Shown piece after piece: positions 42,101 to 55,900 of a stretch of 64,000 bases of DNA. A program made the position numbers and the translations under genes. Source of the DNA: Eledone cirrhosa (taxonomy: Eukaryota); NCBI GenBank assembly GCA_964016885.1, contig OZ024758.1, positions 36,518,001 through 36,582,000 of the forward strand, in the 5' to 3' direction. The stretch's first letter is position 1. Every line of letters begins with the position of its first letter. The notes under the pieces are model-generated. The model searched no databases. It saw only the letters and a list, made by a program, of their open reading frames with translations, and had not been told where the DNA came from.

Positions 42101-43600
42101 GTATTAGCTGTCAGAAGTAACTCCACTGTTGGTGAGAATTCATTTAAGTTCATGGTATTAGCTGTCAGAAGTAACTCCACTGTTGGTGAGAATTCATTTA
42201 AGTTCATGGTATTAGCTGTCAGAAGTAACTCCACTGTTGGTGAGAATTCATTTAAGTTCATGGTATTAGTTTGTCAGAAGTAACTCCACTGTTGGTGAGA
42301 ATTCATTTAAGTCATGGTATTAGTTGTCAGAAGTAACTCCAATGTTGGTGAGAATTCATTTAAGTTCATGGTACTAGCTGTCAGAAGTAACTCCACTGTT
42401 GGTGAGAATTCATTTAAGTTCATGGTAATAGCTGTCAGAAGTAACTCCACTGTTGGTGAGAATTCATTTAAGTCATGTTATTAGCTGTCAGAAGTAACTC
42501 CAATGTTGGTGAGAATTCATTTAAGTCATGGTACTAGCTGTCAGAAGTAACTCCAATGTTGGTGAGAATTCATTTAAGTTCATGGTATTAGCTGTCAGAA
42601 GTAACTCCACTGTTGGTGAGAATTCATTTAAGTTCATGGTATTAGCTGTCAGAAGTAACTCCACTGTTGGTGAGAATTCATTTAAGTCATGGTATTAGCT
42701 GTCAGAAGTAACTCCACTGTTGGTGAGAATTCATTTAAGTTCATGGTATTAGCTGTCAGAAGTAACTCCACTGTTGGTGAGAATTCATTTAAGTTCATGG
42801 TATTAGCTGTCAGAAGTAACTCCACTGTTGGTGAGAATTCATTTAATTTCATGGTATTAGCTGTCAGAAGTAACTCCACTGTTGGTGAGAATTCATTTAA
42901 GTTCATGGTACTAGCTGTCAGAAGTAACTCCAATGTTGGTGAGAATTCATTTAAGTTCATGGTATTAGCTGTCAGAAGTAACTCCACTGTTGGTGAGAAT
43001 TCATTTAAGTCATGGTATTAGCTGTCAGAAGTAACTCCACTGTTGGTGAGAATTCATTTAAGTTCATGGTATTAGCTGTCAGAAGGAACTCCACTGTTGG
43101 TGAGAATTCATTTAAGTTCATGGTACTAGCTGTCAGAAGTAACTCCAATGTTGGTGAGAATTCATTTAAGTTCATGGTATTAGCTGTCAGAAGTAACTCC
43201 ACTGTTGGTGAGTATTCATTTAAGTCATGGTATTAGCTGTCAGAAGTAACTCCACTGTTGGTGAGAATTCATTTAAGTTCATGGTATTAGCTGTCAGAGG
43301 TAACTCCACTGTTGGTGAGAATTCATTTAAGTTCATGGTATTAGCTGTCAGAAGTAACTCCACTGTTGGTGAGAATTCATTTACGTTCATGGTATTAGTT
43401 TGTCAGAAGTAACTCCACTGTTGGTGAGAATTCATTTAAGTCATGGTATTAGTTGTCAGAAGTAACTCCAATGTTGGTGAGAATTCATTTAAGTTCATGG
43501 TAATAGCTGTCAGAAGTAACTCCACTGTTGGTGAGAATTCATTTAAGTCATGGTATTAGCTGTCAGAAGTAACTCCAATGTTGGTGAGAATTCATTTAAG
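27200..43600. repeat. Middle-domain ~8.1-8.2 kb tandem higher-order duplication (~27.2-35.4 kb vs ~35.4-43.6 kb)
   Basis: Private markers occur in pairs: GTCAAGG 27241/35476 and GCTATCCGAA 28381/36616 (offset 8235); CAGGAGTAAC ~29141/~37214 (8073); CTGTAGGTG 32761/40888 (8127). Confidence 0.92.
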
Positions 43601-46600
43601 TCATGGTACTAGCTGTCAGAAGTCACTCCACTGTTGGTGAGAATTCATTTAAGTTCATGGTACTAGCTGTCAGAAGTAACCCCAATGTTGGTGAGAATTC
43701 ATTTAAGTTCATGGTATTAGCTGTCAGAAGTCACTCCACTGTTGGTGAGAATTCATTTAAGTTCATGGTATTAGCTGTCAGAAGTAACTCCACTGTTGGT
43801 AAGAATTCATTTAAGTTCATGGTATTAGCTGTCAGAAGTAACTCCACTGTTGGTGAGAATTCATTTAAGTTCATGGTATTAGCTGTCAGAAGGAACGCCA
43901 CTGTTGGTGAGAATTCATTTAAGTTCATGGTATTAGCTGTCAGAAGTAACTCCACTGTTGGTGAGAATTCATTTAAGTTCATGGTACTAGCTGTCAGAAG
44001 TAACTCCAATGTTGGTGAGAATTCATTTAAGTTCATGGTATTAGCTGTCAGAAGGAACTCCACTGTTGCTGAGAATTCATTTAAGTTCATGGTATTAGCT
44101 GTCAGAAGTAACTCCACTGTTGGTGAGAATTCATTTAAGTTCATGGTACTAGCTGTCAGAAGTAACTCCACTGTTGGTGAGAATTCATTTAAGTTCATGG
44201 TATTAGCTGTCAGAAGTCACTCCAATGTTGGTGAGAATTCATTTAAGTTCATGGTATTAGCTGTCAGAAGTAACTCCACTGTTGGTGAGAATTCATTTAA
44301 GTTCATGGTATTAGTTTGTCAGAAGTAACTCCACTGTTGGTGAGAATTCATTTAAGTCATGGTATTAGTTGTCAGAAGTAACTCCAATGTTGGTAAGAAT
44401 TCATTTAAGTTCATGGTACTAGCTGTCAGAAGTAACTCCACTGTTGGTGAGAATTCATTTAAGTTCATGGTAATAGCTGTCAGAAGTAACTCCACTGTTG
44501 GTGAGAATTCATTTAAGTCATGTTATTAGCTGTCAGAAGTAACTCCAATGTTGGTGAGAATTCATTTAAGTCATGGTACTAGCTGTCAGAAGTAACTCCA
44601 ATGTTGGTGAGAATTCATTTAAGTTCATGGTATTAGCTGTCAGAAGTAACTCCACTGTTGGTGAGAATTCATTTAAGTCATGGTATTAGTTGTCAGAAGT
44701 AACTCCACTGTTGGTGAGAATTCATTTAAGTTCATGGTATTAGCTGTCAGAAGGAACGCCACTGTTGGTGAGAATTCATTTAAGTTCATGGTATTAGCTG
44801 TCAGAAGTAACTCCACTGTTGGTGAGAATTCATTTAAGTTCATGGTATTAGCTGTCAGAAGTAACTCCACTGTTGGTGAGAATTCATTTAAGTTCATAGT
44901 ACTAGCTGTCAGAAGTAACTCCACTGTTGGTGAGAATTCATTTAAGTTCATGGTATTAGCTGTCAGAAGTCACTCCAATGTTGGTGAGAATTCATTTAAG
45001 TTCATGGTATTAGCTGTCAGAAGTCACTCCACTGTTGGTGAGAATTCATTTAAGTTCATGGTACTAGCTGTCAGAAGTAACCCCAATGTTGGTGAGAATT
45101 CATTTAAGTTCATGGTATTAGCTGTCAGAAGTCACTCCAATGTTGGTGAGAATTCATTTAAGTTCATGGTATTAGCTGTCAGAAGTAACTCCACTGTTGG
45201 TGAGAATTCATTTAAGTTCATGGTATTAGCTGTCAGAAGGAACTCCACTGTTGGTGAGAATTCATTTAAGTTCATGGTACTAGCTGTCAGAAGTAACTCC
45301 ACTGTTGGTGAGAATTCATTTAAGTTCATGGTATTAGTTTGTCAGAAGTAACTCCACTGTTGGTGAGAATTCATTTAAGTTCATGGTATTAGCTGTCAGA
45401 AGTAACTCCACTGTTGGTGAGAATTCATTTAAGTTCATGGTACTAGCTGTCAGAAGTAACTCCACTGTTGGTGAGAATTCATTTAAGTTCATGGTATTAG
45501 TTTGTCAGAAGTTACTCCACTGTTGGTGAGAATTCATTTAAGTTCATGGTATTAGCTGTCAGAAGGAACTCCACTGTTGGTGAGAATTCATTTAAGTTCA
45601 TGGTATTAGCTGTCAGAAGGAACTCCAATGTTGGTGAGAATTCATTTAAGTCATGGTACTAGCTGTCAGAAGTAACTCCACTGTTGGTGAGAATTCATTT
45701 AAGTTCATGGTATTAGCTGTCAGAAGGAACTCCACTGTTGGTGAGAATTCATTTAAGTTCATGGTATTAGCTGTCAGAAGGAACGCCACTGTTGGTGAGA
45801 ATTCATTTAAGTTCATGGTATTAGCTGTCAGAAGTAACTCCACTGTTGGTGAGAATTCATTTAAGTTCATGGTACTAGCTGTCAGAAGTAACTCTAATGT
45901 TGGTGAGAATTCATTTAAGTTCATGGTATTAGCTGTCAGAAGTAACTCCACTGTTGGTGAGAATTCATTTAAGTTCATGGTATTAGCTGTCAGAAGGAAC
46001 TCCACTGTTGGTGAGAATTCATTTAAGTTCATGGTACTAGCTGTCAGAAGTAACTCCAATGTTGGTGAGAATTCATTTAAGTTCATGGTATTAGCTGCCA
46101 GAAGTAACTCCACTGTTGGTGAGTATTCATTTAAGTCATGGTATTAGCTGTCAGAAGTAACTCCACTGTTGGTAAGAATTCATTTAAGTTCATGGTATTA
46201 GCTGTCAGAAGTAACTCCACTGTTGGTGAGAATTCATTTAAGTTCATGGTATTAGCTGTCAGAAGTAACTCCACTGTTGGTGAGAATTCATTTACGTTCA
46301 TGGTATTAGTTTGTCAGAAGTAACTCCACTGTTGGTGAGAATTCATTTAAGTCATGGTATTAGTTGTCAGAAGTAACTCCAATGTTGGTGAGAATTCATT
46401 TAAGTTCATGGTAATAGCTGTCAGAAGTAACTCCACTGTTGGTGAGAATTCATTTAAGTCATGGTATTAGCTGTCAGAAGTAACTCCAATGTTGGTGAGA
46501 ATTCATTTAAGTCATGGTACTAGCTGTCAGAAGTCACTCCACTGTTGGTGAGAATTCATTTAAGTTCATGGTACTAGCTGTCAGAAGTAACCCCAATGTT

Positions 46601-47800
46601 GGTGAGAATTCATTTAAGTTCATGGTATTAGCTGTCAGAAGTCACTCCAATGTTGGTGAGAATTCATTTAAGTTCATGGTATTAGCTGTCAGAAGTAACT
46701 CCACTGTTGGTAAGAATTCATTTAAGTTCATGGTATTAGCTGTCAGAAGTAACTCCACTGTTGGTGAGAATTCATTTAAGTTCATGGTATTAGCTGTCAG
46801 AAGGAACGCCACTGTTGGTGAGAATTCATTTAAGTTCATGGTATTAGCTGTCAGAAGTAACTCCACTGTTGGTGAGAATTCATTTAAGTTCATGGTACTA
46901 GCTGTCAGAAGTAACTCCAATGTTGGTGAGAATTCATTTAAGTTCATGGTATTAGCTATCAGAAGGAACTCCACTGTTGCTGAGAATTCATTTAAGTTCA
47001 TGGTATTAGCTGTCAGAAGTAACTCCACTGTTGGTGAGAATTCATTTACGTTCATGGTACTAGCTGTCAGAAGTAACTCCACTGTTGGTGAGAATTCATT
47101 TAAGTTCATGGTATTAGCTGTCAGAAGTCACTCCAATGTTGGTGAGAATTCATTTAAGTTCATGGTATTAGCTGTCAGAAGTCACTCCACTGTTGGTGAG
47201 AATTCATTTAAGTTCATGGTACTAGCTGTCATAAGTAACCCCAATGTTGGTGAGAATTCATTTAAGTCATGGTATTAGCTGTCAGAAGTAACTCCACTGT
47301 TGGTGAGAATTCATTTAAGTTCATGGTATTAGCTGTCAGAAGTAACTCCACTGTTGGTGAGAATTCATTTAAGTTCATGGTATTAGCTGTCAGAAGTAAC
47401 TCCACTGTTGGTGAGAATTCATTTAAGTTCATGGTATTAGTTTGTCAGAAGTAACTCCACTGTTGGTGAGAATTCATTTAAGTCATGGTATTAGTTGTCA
47501 GAAGTAACTCCAATGTTGGTGAGAATTCATTTAAGTTCATGGTACTAGCTGTCAGAAGTAACTCCACTGTTGGTGAGAATTCATTTAAGTTCATGGTAAT
47601 AGCTGTCAGAAGTAACTCCACTGTTGGTGAGAATTCATTTAAGTCATGTTATTAGCTGTCAGAAGTAACTCCAATGTTGGTGAGAATTCATTTAAGTCAT
47701 GGTACTAGCTGTCAGAAGTAACTCCAATGTTGGTGAGAATTCATTTAAGTTCATGGTATTAGCTGTCAGAAGTAACTCCACTGTTGGTGAGAATTCATTT
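37412..47800. repeat. ~5.2-5.3 kb higher-order period overlapping the 8.1-kb duplication
   Basis: Blocks 37412/42689, 37950/43227 and 38326/43603 are offset 5277. 39457/44680 is offset 5223 and 41397/46514 is offset 5117. Also 29339/34616 and 29877/35154 are offset 5277. Confidence 0.8.
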
Positions 47801-49949
47801 AAGTCATGGTATTAGCTGTCAGAAGTAACTCCACTGTTGGTGAGAATTCATTTAAGTTCATGGTATTAGCTGTCAGAAGTAACTCCACTGTTGGTGAGAA
47901 TTCATTTAAGTTCATGGTATTAGCTGTCAGAAGTAACTCTACTGTTGGTGAGAATTCATTTAAGTTCATGGTACTAGCTGTCAGAAGTAACTCCACTGTT
48001 GGTGAGAATTCATTTAAGTTCATGGTATTAGCTGTCAGAAGTCACTCCAATGTTGGTGAGAATTCATTTAAGTTCATGGTATTAGCTGTCAGAAGTCACT
48101 CCACTGTTGGTGAGAATTCATTTAAGTTCATGGTACTAGCTGTCAGAAGTAACCCCAATGTTGGTGAGAATTCATTTAAGTTCATGGTATTAGCTGTCAG
48201 AAGTCACTCCAATGTTGGTGAGAATTCATTTAAGTTCATGGTATTAGCTGTCAGAAGTAACTCCACTGTTGGTGAGAATTCATTTAAGTTCATGGTATTA
48301 GCTGTCAGAAGGAACTCCACTGTTGGTGAGAATTCATTTAAGTTCATGGTACTAGCTGTCAGAAGTAACTCCACTGTTGGTGAGAATTCATTTAAGTTCA
48401 TGGTATTAGTTTGTCAGAAGTAACTCCACTGTTGGTGAGAATTCATTTAAGTTCATGGTATTAGCTGTCAGATGTAACTCCACTGTTGGTGAGAATTCAT
48501 TTAAGTTCATGGTACTAGCTGTCAGAAGTAACTCCACTGTTGGTGAGAATTCATTTAAGTTCATGGTATTAGTTTGTCAGAAGTAACTCCACTGTTGGTG
48601 AGAATTCATTTAAGTCATGGTATTAGTTGTCAGAAGTAACTCCAATGTTGGTGAGAATTCATTTAAGTTCATGGTATTAGCTGTCAGAAGGAACTCCACT
48701 GTTGGTGAGAATTCATTTAAGTTCATGGTATTAGCTGTCAGAAGGAACTCCAATGTTGGTGAGAATTCATTTAAGTCATGGTACTAGCTGTCAGAAGTAA
48801 CTCCACTGTTGGTGAGAATTCATTTAAGTTCATGGTATTAGCTGTCAGAAGGAACTCCACTGTTGGTGAGAATTCATTTAAGTTCATGGTATTAGCTGTC
48901 AGAAGGAACGCCACTGTTGGTGAGAATTCATTTAAGTTCATGGTATTAGCTGTCAGAAGTAACTCCACTGTTGGTGAGAATTCATTTAAGTTCATGGTAC
49001 TAGCTGTCAGAAGTAACTCCAATGTTGGTGAGAATTCATTTAAGTTCATGGTATTAGCTGTCAGAAGGAACTCCACTGTTGGTGAGAATTCATTTAAGTT
49101 CATGGTATTAGCTGTCAGAAGTAACTCCACTGTTGGTGAGAATTCATTTAAGTCATGGTATTAGCTGTCAGAAGTAACTCCATTGTTGGTGAGAATTCAT
49201 TTAAGTCATGGTACTAGCTGTCAGAAGTAACTCCAATGTTGGTGAGAATTCATTTAAGTCATGGTACTAGCTGTCAGAAGTAACTCCAATGTTGGTGAGA
49301 ATTCATTTAAGTTCATGGTATTAGCTGTCAGAAGGAACTCCACCGTTGGTGAGAATTCATTTAAGTTCATGGTATTAGCTGTCAGAAGTAACTCCACTGT
49401 TGGTGAGAATTCATTTAAGTTCATGGTATTAGCTGTCAGAAGTAACTCCACTGTTGGTGAGAATTCATTTAAGTTCATGGTACTAACTGTCAGAAGTAAC
49501 TCCAATGTTGGTGAGAATTCATTTAAGTTCATGGTATTAGCTGTCAGAAGTAACTCCACTGTTGGTGAGAATTCATTTAAGTCATGGTATTAGCTGTCAG
49601 AAGTAACTCCAATGTTGGTGAGAATTCATTTAAGTTCATGGTATTAGCTGTCAGAAGTAACTCCAATGTTGGTGAGAATTCATTTAAGTTCATGGTATTA
49701 GCTGTCAGAAGGAACTCCACTGTTGCTGAGAATTCATTTAAGTTCATGGTATTAGCTGTCAGAAGTAACTCCACTGTTGGTGAGAATTCATTTAAGTTCA
49801 TGGTATTAGTTTGTCAGAAGTAACTCCACTGTTGGTGAGAATTCATTTAAGTCATGGTATTAGTTGTCAGAAGTAACTCCAATGTTGGTGAGAATTCATT
49901 TAAGTTCATGGTACTAGCTGTCAGAAGTAACTCCACTGTTGGTGAGAAT

Positions 49950-52900
49950 TCATTTAAGTTCATGGTAATAGCTGTCAGAAGTAACTCCACTGTTGGTGAG
50001 AATTCATTTAAGTCATGTTATTAGCTGTCAGAAGTAACTCCAATGTTGGTGAGAATTCATTTAAGTCATGGTACTAGCTGTCAGAAGTAACTCCAATGTT
50101 GGTGAGAATTCATTTAAGTTCATGGTATTAGCTGTCAGAAGTAACTCCACTGTTGGTGAGAATTCATTTAAGTTCATGGTATTAGCTGTCAGAAGTAACT
50201 CCACTGTTGGTGAGAATTCATTTAAGTTATGGTATTAGCTGTCAGAAGTAACTCCACTGTTGGTGAGAATTCATTTAAGTTCATGGTATTAGCTGTCAGA
50301 AGGAACGCCACTGTTGGTGAGAATTCATTTAAGTTCATGGTATTAGCTGTCAGAAGTAACTCCACTGTTGGTGAGAATTCATTTAAGTTCATGGTATTAG
50401 CTGTCAGAAGTAACTCTACTGTTGGTGAGAATTCATTTAAGTTCATGGTACTAGCTGTCAGAAGTAACTCCACTGTTGGTGAGAATTCATTTAAGTTCAT
50501 GGTATTAGCTGTCAGAAGTCACTCCAATGTTGGTGAGAATTCATTTAAGTTCATGGTATTAGCTGTCAGAAGTCACTCCACTGTTGGTGAGAATTCATTT
50601 AAGTTCATGGTACTAGCTGTCAGAAGTAACCCCAATGTTGGTGAGAATTCATTTAAGTTCATGGTATTAGCTGTCAGAAGTCACTCCAATGTTGGTGAGA
50701 ATTCATTTAAGTTCATGGTATTAGCTGTCAGAAGTAACTCCACTGTTGGTGAGAATTCATTTAAGTTCATGGTATTAGCTGTCAGAAGGAACTCCACTGT
50801 TGGTGAGAATTCATTTAAGTTCATGGTACTAGCTGTCAGAAGTAACTCCACTGTTGGTGAGAATTCATTTAAGTTCATGGTATTAGTTTGTCAGAAGTAA
50901 CTCCACTGTTGGTGAGAATTCATTTAAGTTCATGGTATTAGCTGTCAGAAGTAACTCCACTGTTGGTGAGAATTCATTTAAGTTCATGGTACTAGCTGTC
51001 AGAAGTAACTTCACTGTTGGTGAGAATTCATTTAAGTTCATGGTATTAGTTTGTCAGAATTAACTCCACTGTTGGTGAGAATTCATTTAAGTCATGGTAT
51101 TAGTTGTCAGAAGTAACTCCAATGTTGGTGAGAATTCATTTAAGTTCATGGTATTAGCTGTCAGAAGGAACTCCACTGTTGGTGAGAATTCATTTAAGTT
51201 CATGGTATTAGCTGTCAGAAGGAACTCCAATGTTGGTGAGAATTCATTTAAGTCATGGTACTAGCTGTCAGAAGTAACTCCACTGTTGGTGAGAATTCAT
51301 TTAAGTTCATGGTATTAGCTGTCAGAAGGAACTCCACTGTTGGTGAGAATTCATTTAAGTTCATGGTATTAGCTGTCAGAAGGAACGCCACTGTTGGTGA
51401 GAATTCATTTAAGTTCATGGTATTAGCTGTCAGAAGTAACTCCACTGTTGGTGAGAATTCATTTAAGTTCATGGTACTAACTGTCAGAAGTAACTCCAAT
51501 GTTGGTGAGAATTCATTTAAGTTCATGGTATTAGCTGTCAGAAGTAACTCCACTGTTGGTGAGAATTCATTTAAGTCATGGTATTAGCTGTCAGAAGTAA
51601 CTCCAATGTTGGTGAGAATTCATTTAAGTTCATGGTATTAGCTGTCAGAAGTAACTCCAATGTTGGTGAGAATTCATTTAAGTTCATGGTATTAGCTGTC
51701 AGAAGGAACTCCACTGTTGCTGAGAATTCATTTAAGTTCATGGTATTAGCTGTCAGAAGTAACTCCACTGTTGGTGAGAATTCATTTAAGTTCATGGTAC
51801 TAGCTGTCAGAAGTAACTCCACTGTTGGTGAGAATTCATTTAAGTTCATGGTATTAGCTGTCAGAAGTCACTCCAATGTTGGTGAGAATTCATTTAAGTT
51901 CATGGTATTAGCTGTCAGAAGTCACTCCACTGTTGGTGAGAATTCATTTAAGTTCATGGTACTAGCTGTCAGAAGTAACCCCAATGTTGGTGAGAATTCA
52001 TTTAAGTTCATGGTATTAGCTGTCAGAAGTCACTCCAATGTTGGTGAGAATTCATTTAAGTTCATGGTATTAGCTGTCAGAAGTAACTCCACTGTTGGTG
52101 AGAATTCATTTAAGTCCATGGTATTAGCTGTCAGAAGTAACTCCACTGTTGGTGAGAATTCATTTAACTTCATGGTATTAGCTGTCAGAAGGAACTCCAC
52201 TGTTGGTGAGAATTCATTTAAGTTCATGGTACTAGCTGTCAGAAGTAACTCCACTGTTGGTGAGAATTCATTTAAGTTCATGGTATTAGTTTGTCAGAAG
52301 TAACTCCACTGTTGGTGAGAATTCATTTAAGTCATGGTATTAGTTGTCAGAAGTAACTCCAATGTTGGTGAGAATTCATTTAAGCCATGGTACTAGCTGT
52401 CAGAAGTAACTCCAATGTAGGTGAGAATTCATTTAAGTTCATGGTATTAGCTGTCAGAACGAACTCCACTGTTGGTGAAAATTCATTTAAGTTCATGGTA
52501 TTAGCTGTCAGAAGTAACTCCACTGTTGGTGAGAATTCATTTAAGTTCATGGTACTAGCTGTCAGAAGTAACTCCAATGTTGGTGAGAATTCATTTAAGT
52601 TCATGGTATTAGCTGTCAGAAGTAACTCCACTGTTGGTGAGAGTTCATTTAAGTCATGGTATTAGCTGTCAGAAGTAACTCCAATGTTGGTGAGAATTCA
52701 TTTAAGTTCATGGTATTAGCTGTCAGAAGTAACTCCACTGTTAGTGAGAATTCATTTAAGTTCATGGTATTAGCTGTCAGAAGTAACTCCACTGTTGGTG
52801 AGAATTCATTTAAGTTCATGGTACTAGCTGTCAGAAGTAACTCCACTGTTGGTGAGAATTCATTTAAGTTCATGGTATTAGTTTGTCAGAAGTAACTCCA

Positions 52901-55900
52901 CTGTTGGTGAGAATTCATTTAAGTCATGGTATTAGTTGTCAGAAGTAACTCCAATGTTGGTGAGAATTCATTTAAGTTCATGGTATTAGCTGTCAGAAGG
53001 AACTCCGCTGTTGGTGAGAATTCATTTAAGTTCATGGTATTAGCTGTCAGAAGGAACTCCAATGTTGGTGAGAATTCATTTAAGTCATGGTACTAGCTGT
53101 CAGAAGTAACTCCACTGTTGGTGAGAATTCATTTAAGTTCATGGTATTAGCTGTCAGAAGGAACTCCACTGTTGGTGAGAATTCATTTAAGTTCATGGTA
53201 CTAGCTGTCAGAAGTAACTCCACTGTTGGTGAGAATTCATTTAAGTTCATGGTATTAGTTTGTCAAAAGTAACTCCACTGTTGGTGAGAATTCATTTAAG
53301 TCATGGTATTAGTTGTCAGAAGTAACTCCAATGTTGGTGAGAATTCATTTAAGCCATGGTACTAGCTGTCAGAAGTAACTCCAATGTTGGTGAGAATTCA
53401 TTTAATTTCATGGTATTAGCTGTCAGAACGAACTCCACTGTTGGTGAGAATTCATTTAAGTTCATGGTATTAGCTGTCAGAAGTAACTCCACTGTTGGTG
53501 AGAATTCATTTAAGTTCATGGTACCAGCTGTCAGAAGTAACTCCAATGTTGGTGAGAATTCATTTAAGTTCATGGTATTAGCTGTCAGAAGTAACTCCAC
53601 TGTTGGTGAGAGTTCATTTAAGTCATGGTATTAGCTGTCAGAAGTAACTCCAATGTTGGTGAGAATTCATTTAAGTTCATGGTATTAGCTGTCAGAAGTA
53701 ACGCCACAGTTGGTGAGAATTCATTTAAGTTCATGGTATTAGCTGTCAGAAGTAACTCCACTGTTGGTGAGAATTCATTTAAGTTCATGGTACTAGCTGT
53801 CAGAAGTAACTCCACCGTTGGTGAGAATTCATTTAAGTTCATGGTACTAGCTGTCAGAAGTAACTCCAATGTTGGTGAGAATTCATTTAAGTTCATGGTA
53901 TTAGCTGTCAGAAGTAACTCCACTGTTGGTGAGAATTCATTTAAGTCATGGTATTAGCTGTCAGAAGTAATTCCACTGTTGGTGAGAATTTATTTAAGTT
54001 CATGGTATTAGCTGTCAGAAGTAACTCCACTGTTGGTGAGAATTCATTTAAGTTCATGGTACTAGCTGTCAGAAGTAACTCCAATGTTGGTGAGAATTCA
54101 TTTAAGTTCATGGTATTAGCTGTCAGAAGTAACTCCACTGTTGGTGAGAATTCATTTAAGTCATGGTATTAGCTGTCAGAAGTAACTCCACTGTTGGTGA
54201 GAATTCATTTAAGTTCATGGTACTAGCTGTCAGAAGTAACTCCAATGTTGGTGAGAATTCATTTAAGTTCATGGTATTAGCTGTCAGAAGGAACTCCACT
54301 GTTGGTGAGAATTCATTTAAGTTCATGGTATTAGCTGTCAGAAGTAACTCCACTGTTGGTGAGAATTCATTTAAGTCATGGTATTAGCTGTCAGAAGTAA
54401 CTCCATTGTTGGTGAGAATTCATTTAAGTCATGGTACTAGCTGTCAGAAGTAACTCCAATGTTGGTGAGAATTCATTTAAGTCATGGTACTAGCTGTCAG
54501 AAGTAACTCCAATGTTGGTGAGAATTCATTTAAGTTCATGGTATTAGCTGTCAGAAGGAACTCCACTGTTGGTGAGAATTCATTTAAGTTCATGGTATTA
54601 GCTGTCAGAAGTAACTCCACTGTTGGTGAGAATTCATTTAAGTTCATGGTATTAGCTGTCAGAAGTAACTCCACTGTTGGTGAGAATTCATTTAAGTTCA
54701 TGGTACTAGCTGTCAGAAGTAACTCCAATGTTGGTGAGAATTCATTTAAGTTCATGGTATTAGCTGTCAGAAGTAACTCCACTGTTGGTGAGAATTCATT
54801 TAAGTCATGGTATTAGCTGTCAGAAGTAACTCCAATGTTGGTGAGAATTCATTTAAGTTCATGGTATTAGCTGTCAGAAGTAACTCCAATGTTGGTGAGA
54901 ATTCATTTAAGTTCATGGTATTAGCTGTCAGAAGGAACTCCACTGTTGCTGAGAATTCATTTAAGTTCATGGTATTAGCTGTCAGAAGTAACTCCACTGT
55001 TGGTGAGAATTCATTTAAGTTCATGGTACTAGCTGTCAGAAGTAACTCCACTGTTGGTGAGAATTCATTTAAGTTCATGGTATTAGCTGTCAGAAGTCAC
55101 TCCAATGTTGGTGAGAATTCATTTAAGTTCATGGTATTAGCTGTCAGAAGTAACTCCACTGTTGGTGAGAATTCATTTAAGTTCATGGTATTAGCTGTCA
55201 GAAGTAACTCCACTGTTGGTGAGAATTCATTTAAGTTCATGCTATTAGCTGTCAGAAGGAACTCCACTGTTGGTGAGAATTCATTTAAGTTCATGGTACT
55301 AGCTGTCAGAAGTAACTCCACTGTTGGTGAGAATTCATTTAAGTTCTTGGTATTAGTTTGTCAGAAGTAACTCCACTGTTGGTGAGAATTCATTTAAGTC
55401 ATGGTATTAGTTGTCAGAAGTAACTCCAATGTTGGTGAGAATTCATTTAAGCCATGGTACTAGCTGTCAGAAGTAACTCCAATGTAGGTGAGAATTCATT
55501 TAAGTTCATGGTATTAGCTGTCAGAACGAACTCCACTGTTGGTGAAAATTCATTTAAGTTCATGGTATTAGCTGTCAGAAGTAACTCCACTGTTGGTGAG
55601 AATTCATTTAAGTTCATGGTACTAGCTGTCAGAAGTAACTCCAATGTTGATGAGAATTCATTTAAGTTCATGGTATTAGCTGTCAGAAGTAACTCCACTG
55701 TTGGTGAGAGTTCATTTAAGTCATGGTATTAGCTGTCAGAAGTAACTCCAATGTTGGTGAGAATTCATTTAAGTTCATGGTATTAGCTGTCAGAAGTAAC
55801 TCCACTGTTAGTGAGAATTCATTTAAGTTCATGGTATTAGCTGTCAGAAGTAACTCCACTGTTGGTGAGAATTCATTTAAGTTCATGTTACTAGCTGTCA

